Shown: positions 1-9,400 of the stretch, in pieces
Position numbering within the stretch: position 1 is the first letter of the stretch
Layout of the letters: each line of letters starts with the position of its first letter
Notes under the pieces: model-generated
What the model was told of the DNA's origin: nothing
Seen by the model: only the letters and a program-made list of their open reading frames with translations
Database searches by the model: none
Program-made: the position numbers and the translations under genes
Virus record (IMG/VR): IMGVR_UViG_3300020440_001367
Span: 1 to 29,024 of that record
Reading direction: 5' to 3' (one strand)
Source: a virus
Lineage: Duplodnaviria; Caudoviricetes
DNA length: 29,024 nucleotides

Positions 1-69
1 GCGGCACCAGTTTTTGTGTTTGCATTTTTTTATGTTTGCATATTAGTAATGATGGGTAGTGTTAGATGA
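1..69 (+). CDS. 3' end of a small hydrophobic protein (partial)
   Basis: Frame 1 reads APVFVFAFFYVCILVMMGSVR-TGA; the stop overlaps the next ATG (ATGA at 66-69). Confidence 0.5.
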   Translation, partial: AAPVFVFAFFYVCILVMMGSVR

Positions 70-236
70 TTAGATTATGGCACTATTGGTGCAAAGCTAT
101 GGGAAGTCGTGCTTATGATAACGATAGGAAAGACGATCATATACACAATATTATTAGAACATTTTGGTTTTTATTACACATTATAACTTGTTGTATGATT
201 ATAGCAGGTAACGGAAGGATGTTGAATATATGGTAG
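66..236 (+). CDS. small hypothetical membrane protein (56 aa, not in ORF track)
   Basis: Translated by hand: MIRLWHYWCKAMGSRAYDNDRKDDHIHNIIRTFWFLLHIITCCMIIAGNGRMLNIW; overlaps both neighbours. Confidence 0.7.
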   Translation: MIRLWHYWCKAMGSRAYDNDRKDDHIHNIIRTFWFLLHIITCCMIIAGNGRMLNIW

Positions 237-970
237 ATAAATTTATTTTTGATGTTGACGGAACACTCACACCTAGTAGACAAGAGATTGATATGGACTT
301 TGCTGTTTTCTTCACAGACTTCTGTGCTGAAAATGATGTATATCTCGTTACTGGAAGTGATAGAGAAAAAACAATAGAACAGGTAGGAGAGGAAATATAC
401 AGTCTTGCTGACAGAGTTTATAACTGTTCAGGTAGCGATGTATGGGAAGGAAATGTAAATGTTTATACGAGTGATTGGCAAATACCAGAAGAAGCAGAAT
501 CGTGGTTGAAAGCTGAATGTAGATTAAGTGACTTTCCTTTACGAACAGGATTGCATATAGAAAATCGACCTGGTATGGTAAATTTTAGTGTTGTAGGGCG
601 TAATGCAACTATGGGTGAACGTAAAATGTATGTTGAATACGACACCAAAACAAAAGAAAGAATTAGGATTGCTAAAGAATTCCAAAAATTTTTTCCAGCC
701 ATACAAGCAGTGGTTGGTGGTGAAACTGGTATAGATATCTTTCCTTATGGTAAAGATAAAGCACAAATTGTAGAAGATTTTGATGAATTGGAAGATACCT
801 TACACTTTTTTGGTGATAGAATGGATCCAGCTGGAAATGATTACCCTTTGAAAAAAGTAATACTTGACAACAATTTAGGAACATGTTATAGTGTAGACGA
901 TTGGAAACACACATGGAAGATACTAAAAAATATTTCCACGAAGTCTGGCCAGAAGAAGAAGCAATACTGA
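230..970 (+). CDS. HAD-IIB hydrolase, eukaryotic-type phosphomannomutase family
   Basis: Motif I FDVDGTLT, motif II VTGSD, NFSVVGRNA, GG.TGIDIFP.G.DK and FFGDRMDPAGNDYPL, matching PMM1/PMM2-type motifs. Confidence 0.85.
   Translation: MVDKFIFDVDGTLTPSRQEIDMDFAVFFTDFCAENDVYLVTGSDREKTIEQVGEEIYSLADRVYNCSGSDVWEGNVNVYTSDWQIPEEAESWLKAECRLSDFPLRTGLHIENRPGMVNFSVVGRNATMGERKMYVEYDTKTKERIRIAKEFQKFFPAIQAVVGGETGIDIFPYGKDKAQIVEDFDELEDTLHFFGDRMDPAGNDYPLKKVILDNNLGTCYSVDDWKHTWKILKNISTKSGQKKKQY
864..892 (+). promoter_or_regulatory. sigma70-type promoter upstream of uvsE, inside the HAD gene
   Basis: TTGACA (864-869), 17-nt spacer, TATAGT (887-892) with an extended -10 TG. Confidence 0.65.
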
Positions 971-1023
971 AGCAAGGCTTAGAATGGTCAAGACAAAGTA
1001 AGGCAGAGAGAACAAAAAAGAAA

Positions 1024-2043
1024 ATGACAAGACGTATAGGTTTTGCATGTAAGTACATGCACCCGGACCAAACCCAGAAAAAGAAACTGCTAGAAGAGAT
1101 TCAGCGTCCACTAAATACTCGAAGCACAACAGTTGCTTGGTTAAACAGGCAAACAAAAGAAGTTGCTGAAGAACGTTTGTGGGATATCATGGTCCACAAC
1201 ATTAAAAGTTATTACAACTTGATTGAGTATGTAGGAGGATTACCGAATGAACTTAGAATGGTTAGATTGGGAAGTGACGTCTTACCTGTTTATACTGAGC
1301 CTACTTGGTCTTACTTCTGGCGCAAGCCTGATGTACGACAATATTGCGAAAGGCACTTTCCAAACGTCGGCGCAAAGGCTCGTGAACTGGATGTCAGGCT
1401 TTCTATGCATCCTGGTCAGTTTACTGTACTTGCGTCAGATAATCCTGATATCGTAGAGAGAAGTATAGAGGAGTTTGAATATCATGTTGATGTCGCCAGA
1501 TGGATGGGCTTCGGCCAGCAATTCCAAGATTTTAAGATCAATGTCCACATCTCCGGCCGTAAGGGTCCAGCCGGTATCATCGACGTCTACCCAAGATTAT
1601 CTACGGAGGCGAGAAACACAATTACAATCGAAAACGACGAAAACTCGTGGGGCATCGAAGCAAGTTTGGAGTTACGAAAACACCTCGCATTGGTGCTTGA
1701 CATACACCATCACTGGGTCAAAACAGGTGAATATATATTGCCCACCGACGATAGATTTTCTCGCATAGTAGACAGTTGGCGTGGTGTTCGTCCTGTCATA
1801 CACTATTCGGTATCTCGTGAAGACATTTTAGTTGATCACGATTTAGATACATTACCAGACATGGAGAAGTTACTCGAACAAGGGTACAAAAAACAAAAAC
1901 TTAGAGCACACTCTGATTACATGTGGAACAATGCAGTAAATGAATGGGCATTGTCCTTTAGAGACACCGCAGACATTATGGTAGAATCAAAAGCAAAGAA
2001 TCTTGCTAGTATGAAACTACTAAATACTGTATGCGTTTCTTAG
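1024..2043 (+). CDS. uvsE: UV DNA damage repair endonuclease (UvsE/UVDE); start may lie upstream in the same frame (frame open from 901)
   Basis: RIGFACKY, MVRLGSDVLP, RLSMHPGQF, INVHISG, IENDE, LDIHHHW, HYS, RAHSD and MVESKAKN are UVDE motifs. Confidence 0.9.
   Translation: MTRRIGFACKYMHPDQTQKKKLLEEIQRPLNTRSTTVAWLNRQTKEVAEERLWDIMVHNIKSYYNLIEYVGGLPNELRMVRLGSDVLPVYTEPTWSYFWRKPDVRQYCERHFPNVGAKARELDVRLSMHPGQFTVLASDNPDIVERSIEEFEYHVDVARWMGFGQQFQDFKINVHISGRKGPAGIIDVYPRLSTEARNTITIENDENSWGIEASLELRKHLALVLDIHHHWVKTGEYILPTDDRFSRIVDSWRGVRPVIHYSVSREDILVDHDLDTLPDMEKLLEQGYKKQKLRAHSDYMWNNAVNEWALSFRDTADIMVESKAKNLASMKLLNTVCVS
2021..2026 (+). promoter_or_regulatory. TAAATA late-type promoter motif 4 nt before the SOD ATG (leaderless)
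   Basis: ctacTAAATActgtATG; no Shine-Dalgarno between the motif and the ATG. Confidence 0.55.
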
Positions 2044-2591
2044 AATTACAAAATTGCAAAAGAACAAAAGCAAGTAAGTGTCAATGTTCTGATGTAGGTA
2101 AGTTGTCAGAAGATACTGAACAGCCTGTCTTTGCAATTTGTGAATTAGAACATTCTGATACTGTAAAAGGAACAATCTTATTCATGCAAAAATCTGGTTC
2201 ACCTACTCTTATAAAGGGTACCATCAAAGGATTAGAACCAGGAGAGCATGGTTTTCATATACATGAATTTGGCGATTTAAGTCGTGGATGTGAATCAGCA
2301 GGAGCACATTATAATCCAGACGGTGTTGATCATGGCAACCTCGAAAACGGCCATGTGGGCGACTTAGAAAATATTACAGCGAACGAGGATAGGATTTCCG
2401 AATTTACTATTATAGCAAAAAGAGTAGATTTAATTGGAGATCGTAGTGTAATAGGTAGAGCAATCGTAGTTCATAGTGATCAGGATGATCTAGGTAAAGG
2501 TGGAGATGCAGAAAGCCTTAAAACAGGTAATGCAGGCGATAGATTAGCCTGCGGTGTTATTACCTTAACTAAAGGAGAAAACAATGATTAA
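2031..2591 (+). CDS. sodC: Cu/Zn superoxide dismutase with Cys-rich N-terminal extension
   Basis: HGFHIHEFGD, GCESAGAHYNP, DHG, HVGDLENI, RAIVVH and GNAGDRLACGVI; metal ligands and both disulfide Cys are present. Confidence 0.95.
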   Translation: MRFLELQNCKRTKASKCQCSDVGKLSEDTEQPVFAICELEHSDTVKGTILFMQKSGSPTLIKGTIKGLEPGEHGFHIHEFGDLSRGCESAGAHYNPDGVDHGNLENGHVGDLENITANEDRISEFTIIAKRVDLIGDRSVIGRAIVVHSDQDDLGKGGDAESLKTGNAGDRLACGVITLTKGENND

Positions 2592-2751
2592 AAAATGGGT
2601 AAAATCAAGAATTGAAGAACGTACTTCGTGGGATGGCGCGGCCTTAATCCTTATGGGTGTGTTAGTTCTTATCGCTGGTCCATTTGCAAAGTTGGCGGCC
2701 TACGCGGCTATCGCCTATGGTGCATGGACAATCTACAAAAAAGAGGATTAA
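2584..2751 (+). CDS. small membrane protein (55 aa, not in ORF track)
   Basis: AAGGAG RBS; MIKKWVKSRIEERTSWDGAALILMGVLVLIAGPFAKLAAYAAIAYGAWTIYKKED has two hydrophobic segments. Confidence 0.8.
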   Translation: MIKKWVKSRIEERTSWDGAALILMGVLVLIAGPFAKLAAYAAIAYGAWTIYKKED

Positions 2752-3041
2752 AGTTCATCGATTGTGATGTCTGAATTTACAGGAAGATTTAATTTCTTCC
2801 TTTGCTCAACACCTTTTCTTTGAGCAAATCTTTTAGGGTCACAATCGGGGCAAACGTGGACATAAAAGTCGTCAAGTCTTTTAGGGTCCACTTTGCCCTT
2901 CTCTCTTTTAAATTCTTTATGGCATTCGTCACATTGAAAGATAACATAAGACCTAACACGTTTATATGGGTGGTTTTTTCCCTTCTTACTTTTACGTAAA
3001 TAAAAGCGTACTTCTTTTTCAATTCTTTTATACATACTCAT
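2748..3041 (-). CDS. basic Zn-binding hypothetical protein (true start possibly 3035)
   Basis: CDEC...CPDC pairs; Lys/Arg-rich; TAAATA immediately upstream on the - strand; stop overlaps the convergent gene's stop (TTAA). Confidence 0.75.
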   Translation of the reverse strand: MSMYKRIEKEVRFYLRKSKKGKNHPYKRVRSYVIFQCDECHKEFKREKGKVDPKRLDDFYVHVCPDCDPKRFAQRKGVEQRKKLNLPVNSDITIDEL

Positions 3042-3079
3042 ATTTAGTTACGTTAGGATTATAAAATATTATATAAATA
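3041..3079. promoter_or_regulatory. divergent pair of late-type promoter motifs
   Basis: TAAATA on - strand (3046-3041) and a full T4 late consensus TATAAATA on + strand (3072-3079). Confidence 0.65.
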
Positions 3080-3093
3080 CATAGGAGCAGGTA

Positions 3094-3420
3094 ATGGGAA
3101 ACATATTATTTTTAACAGAATCAGCCAAGGAACAAATGGTTAGTATGCTTGAAGAACACAATAAAAGTGCTGTAAGATTAGCACTAAAAGGCGGAGGTTG
3201 TGCAGGATTTAAGTATGATTGGTCTTTGGAAGATGAAACAAAAAATGACGATGAAGTGATAGAATTACCCAAAGGAAAATTTTTAATAGATCCGGCTAGC
3301 ATCATGTATCTATTAGGATCAACAGTGGATTATAAAAAAGAAGTATTTGGCTCATACTTTGATATAAAGAATCCTACATCTACTTCAAGTTGTGGGTGTG
3401 GCGAATCAGTAGGATTTTAA
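3094..3420 (+). CDS. iscA: A-type Fe-S cluster carrier protein (IscA/SufA/HesB family)
   Basis: GGGCAGFKY, IDPASIMYLLGSTVDY and NP...SSCGCGES; AGGAG RBS. Confidence 0.93.
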   Translation: MGNILFLTESAKEQMVSMLEEHNKSAVRLALKGGGCAGFKYDWSLEDETKNDDEVIELPKGKFLIDPASIMYLLGSTVDYKKEVFGSYFDIKNPTSTSSCGCGESVGF

Positions 3421-3423
3421 AAT

Positions 3424-6400
3424 ATGGCAAAACAAGATATTTACTTAGGTGTTGAGGGTAACGACGGTACTGGTGATAGTATTCGTGAAGCCTTTAGAAA
3501 AGCAAACGAGAATTTTACGGAACTATATGCTGTCTTTGGACAAGGCGGAACAATTAGTTTTACTGCACTTAATGACACTCCTGCCGCAATTACACCAGCC
3601 GGAGTATTAATAGGTAATTCTACAGGAACAGAACTAGTACAAAAAACACTTACAGCAGGAACTGGTATTAGCATTGATAATTCAAGTACAACTGCTATAA
3701 CAATTACTAACACTGGTGCGAATATTAATGCTGATACAAGTCCTATACTTGGTGGACCATTAAGCGGAAACAATGTTTATGCAATAGGTAAGATAGGAAC
3801 ATCAACGGCTTCAATTGCAGAATTCAATTCAACACACGGATCCACTATTACTATTGATGATATTGTTGTAGATAAAAAATATCAGGATAAAAATTATGCA
3901 CCACATATTTTACATCAACCAACTAAACCTGTTTTAGCAAGGACTGAACCTACTGATGATACTGGATACACAAAAACTATATCAGAATATAGAAGTGGTA
4001 ATCTTGTTATTAACAGTCATGGTTTTGACAATAGTATTAATGGTGCAACATGGAGATACACTACAACTGGTAGTGCTCCTAGCGGCTTAACAAATAACAC
4101 GGATTATTTTATTAGATTTGTTAATGATAACCAAATAAGTTTACATTCATCTAAGTCAGAAGCACAAAACGACAATGATAATACAAGGGCAAAGGTTAAT
4201 ATTGCTTTAGGTTCAACTACTGCAATTACAGGACAAGATTTTATTAAGGATCAATCATATGATTCTGCACTTTATGGATTTTTCAAAGACGATGAAGTCC
4301 TTCCTAGGAAATCAAGTGTAAGAAGACAAGGCGATGATATGACTGGTGCATTGTACTTGCATGATCATCCAGGATATCTTGCAGGCACAACAGGTGATAT
4401 ATCTGAAAGGCAAGCGGCAACAAAACTTTATGTAGATAATTCTTCCTACGCAAGTACCACAGATTTATTTGTTACCAAACAGGGTGACGATAGCCAGGCA
4501 AATACGCCAGTAGGATTTGAGGGAAGAGGTTTAAGTTATGCTTTTGGAAGTTTAAAGGCGGCGGCACAAAAAGCACAGGAAATTATGGAATCAGCACCAG
4601 TGGAACCAGGTGCATACAGACAAACAATAACATACGATCAAGGTAAGGGCATTGCACTTGTTACGGGTGCAGAAACTAAAACACCAAATGCCGCGGCTAA
4701 GAATGCAGTTACATACCTACAAAAGAACAGACAATTTATTCAGCAAAGTGTGGTTGACTATGTTCAGGACTATTATCCTTCACATGATTTTGCCGCAACT
4801 AATGTACAAAATCCAAATGCAGAAGCACTTCTGTTTAAAAATAAAGCATTTATTCAAGAAGAAGTAACGGCTTGGATCAACTATCAAATTAATACAGGTG
4901 CATCTGTTACATACAGCGACGGTACTGCCAACTACACAGGTTTCAAATACAGTTCTGCTAAATGTAAAAGAGATGTAGGTTATATTGTTGACGCTTGGAT
5001 AAATGATTTATCCAGAGGTGGTAACATTGAAACACGTAGAATAGCATCAAGTTATCTAGCAGGTAATATTAATGCTGTCAAAGTTAATAATTCAAATTCA
5101 AATAATACAGTTGACCAAATAGCACAAACAAATGCCGCGGTTGAATTTGCAAGAGATCTGGTGCAAAACTATGTTTTAAAAAATAAAGTTTATCCTACAA
5201 AACAAGGATACTTTCAGGCTACTGCAACAAACTTTCAACCAAACAGTTTTCAATTTTACATAGGAACTTCTTCATATGCAAATTCTTACGTAAACGGTGG
5301 CACAGTTACAAAGTCAGACGGGACAGTTTTAAATGTAAGCAATTTCACATATGACTATACAACAGGTATTGCCACTGTCACTACTACCACAACACATGGT
5401 CTATCTATAAATGATACAGTATATCTAAAAGATATAAATGTATCTTGTACATATGATGGCGTAGTAACCAATAAAATTTATCCTGAGCATGTAGCACAGG
5501 CTAATGCTGATCAGTTTACTGTTGAAGCAGGAACATACGGAAGTTCTGCTCCTGCAAGTACAACATTTGACATTTATGTAGGCCCTTCGAAGTATGCACA
5601 CACATACGTAAGTGGGGGTAAGGTTTACAAAGGACAAGCGTTCCTTACACCAACTAATGCAACCTATGACCCGGCAACGGGCGTGATGGTAGTCACTGTT
5701 GGTTCTCACTCATTAACAACGTCAGATGTTATATGGATTAAACCTTATGGTATAACATTTACTTGTGGGCAAGATAATAATGCAACTCTTCATCCGTATC
5801 CTAGATCTAAGGATCCAAATTACGGAAAGCCAATTGCAATCACGGCTGTAGATGCTACAACTATTACGGTTAACGTAGGTGTATCAAGCAATACAACCAA
5901 TCACACTTATGTAAGTTCATCTTCTAATGCAATAGAATACTGGTCAAATAATTACGACATCACAGGATTTTCATACAGCAATACAACTGGCTATGCAACT
6001 GTAACAGCTTCAGGACATGGTATGTCAGGAGGCACAGCATGTAAGTTAGATGATATATTAATACAATGCACACAACCAACACCGGCACTTAAAAGATATC
6101 CAGATGCTTTTGTTTGCGAACAAGGTACAGGCATAAGAGATGTAAGTGGTAGAGCAACAACATTAACAGAAACTATTGTTTCAGTAATCGCAGGTGGATT
6201 GGATAAACTAGTAGCACCTATACAGCCTACGCTTTCTAATAATACATGTGAACGTGATCTAGGTTTAATTATTGACGGTATGATTATTGACATACGTAAT
6301 GGTACCAACAGTAACTTTAATGCTTTACAGGCGGCGAAAAGATATTTCAGCACACCAAGTGGACAAAAAGCAAGAGTTCAACAAAGCACACAAACTATTG

Positions 6401-9400
6401 GAGCAATAACAAAAGCAAAGTCATATGTAAATTCAGTTTTAAATAATGTAGATTTAAGAAGAACATCTAAACAGTTTGCAGTAAACTCTGATAACTTAAC
6501 AAGCACACAATTTGAAGTGACACTAGGAACTTCAACTGTTGTTCATACATATATAAGTGGCGGAACAGTTACATTTGGAACTAATCAATATGCAATAAGC
6601 AATTTTGCTTACAATAATACCACAGGAAAAGCTATTATTACAACAACTACTGCACATGGAAGAACTGCTGGAGATGTTGTATTCTTAGAAGATATAAAAG
6701 TTTCCTGTGCTGACGGAACAAAACTTTATCCTTCAGATCATTCAGGATTAATTCCACAATACTTAGATTCATCTATAAACAACGTTTCTAATACAATAAA
6801 AAATGCTATTGCTAATCAATTTGATATCATTGTAGACATACTCACAAACGGATTCACAGCAGTTGATACTTACACCGTTGTTGAAGGAAGTACATATAGA
6901 TTGAGATTTGGAAACGGTGGAACTAACTATTACACAGATCAAGGTATTAATTCAAATGTTGATATACTTCCAGGTAAAATTATAGTAGGTAAGACAACAG
7001 GTGCTAGAGGTAGAATTGTAAAATATACAAGCGGAGTTGATCTTGGCAATGTAAATTATGATGAAGTAGAATGTGTACTAGTTGAACCTAAAGAATTTAG
7101 AATAGGTGAAGAGCTTGAATTTGGTAATCCAACAAATGAGAAACAAATTTGTATTCATGTAGAGTCAGGAATATACTACGAGGATTATCCAATCAAAGTT
7201 CCAGACAACGTGTCAATCAAGGGTACTGATTTTAGACGTTGTCAAATTAGACCTGCTCCTAGGATTTCACAATCACCTTGGGTAAGGACATATTTTTACA
7301 GAGATAAACTTCTTGATAATTTAAAAATTACAGACTTTACAGGGTCTGATATTGCAACAGCTCAACAAATTACAATGACAGGTAATAACACCGCAGGTGG
7401 AACGATTACGGTAACTCCTGCAGATAATATTGCTCCTATTTCTTGGGACGGTGGTTGGTTCTATACTGATAGCGGAGCAGTTGGATTAATATCAAATGCA
7501 GACGGCGGAAGTAATTTTAATGTAACACTTACAATAGACACTCTCCCAAATTTAGATCCTATTGCCTCAGGTGCATGGCACATTAAACAAACTTCAAATT
7601 ACGGTTATCATTATCTTACTGATCCTTTGGATGCTACTAGTACTCCAAAAACAAACGATCAGATGGATGTGTTCTTGATGAACGATGCAACTAGATTAGC
7701 AAATATGACATTCCAAGGACATGGTGGATTTGCACAGGTTCTGGATCCAAGTGGCCAGGTACTAATTAAATCTCCATACACGCAGGTTTGTGGATCTTTC
7801 TCAGGTTCTATTAACAAACAAGCATTTAGAGGGGGAATGTTTATTGATGGTTTTGCAGGTAATTTAGAAACTGTTATTACAAGTAAAGATGATAACTTTA
7901 CTCTGAATGTTCAATCAGTGGCAGGTACGGGTTTAAGAATTAGGAAACCTCAAACACCAGCACCATTCTTCATAGCGGGTGTACGTTATCAAGTTGATGC
8001 TGTTTCAGAATACGATGGTGGAACAGGAACAGCAAAACTTCTAATTAATAAATTATCAAACGGCGGAAACGGTTACACAGATGCTATACCAGGTGGTGGA
8101 ACAAATATCTTTATCCAAACAGCTGGTAACAGAAGTATGTTAGCAAACGACTACACACAGGTTAATGATCTAGGTTATGGATTGTTCTGTAACAATGCGG
8201 CGTTGTCAGAACAAGTTTCAACCTTTACATATTACAACCATACAGCGTTTATGAGTAACAACGGCTCTGAAATTAGAGCTCTAAACTGTTCTAACGCAAA
8301 TGGTAACTTTGGATTAGTTGCAGACGGCGCCGATCCAAACGAAACTGTTGACTTGGTTACATCTTTAAGAAACATGCAACAGCCTGCAAAAGTTTATAAC
8401 GATGGAGACAACTCCGTTGGCTTAGGTGCTATAGCACATGCGGCGGGTGTATTTACAGTACACGTTTTTGATTGTGATTACCATCCTTATGCAAACAGTT
8501 TATTAGACGTTTATACTTCAACAGGTGTAACCACATATGAAGTTACAAGTGTAAGCATTCTTCCAGGTACAGGGTCCACAGCAGGACCTACAGGTAGAAA
8601 AGGAAGCAATCTACCTATATACAAATTAGGTATTGCAGGAAGCACAGGATTAGAAACAGCAATCACAGGTGATTATGATGCTAACTTTGCCAGTGATGCG
8701 GCACCATACGTTGTAATTAGAATGAATAAAAATCATCTGTTTGATGATGTTGCAGGTGTTACAAGTATTAGACCATCAACAGCATTGGTGTTTGATGAAA
8801 ACCCTGACAGGGTATATAGAACTATCAGCTTTAACAATCAAGACTCAGATAACTCTCAACTAGCCGCAGATAGATTCCAAATTGTATTCGACAGTGGCTT
8901 TGGCCATTTAAATCTTACACTTAGAAATACAGAAGCGGCACTAAACACATACGCAGGCACAGGAACCACAATGGGTGCTACAGCCGGCGATGTCGTTTTA
9001 GCTATTGAAAAGTTAACAGATGCACAAGTAACTAGAATTGGCAACAATGATATGATATTTTCCTACAAAGGAAAAACACACATCGTTGGAAGCTACACTG
9101 ATAGAGGATCATATGCAACTGTAGGATTAACAGACCTTGCTAGTTCTAACATCAACAGTGATTCAAGTTTATATAGTGCGGCAGGTATAGGAGCAGATTT
9201 AAGATATTCGCCGGCGGCCACAAGAACAATACCTCTTTCATTACAAGATAATGAAGCTGGTAATATCACAGTAGGTATTTCTACACTTAGAGCAAACGGA
9301 CATGATTTTGATAAAATTGGTACAGGTGGTTTTAACACAACCAACTATCCAAGTATCATTTATGGTGAACCTACCAAATCAGCTACACAGGCAAACGAAG

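Noticed and set aside
230-2591. Eukaryotic or giant-virus origin of the window, suggested by PMM, SOD1 and RFC-like genes
   Set aside because: Shine-Dalgarno sites, sigma70 promoters, overlapping operons, tail genes and a GH19 lysin indicate a bacteriophage.
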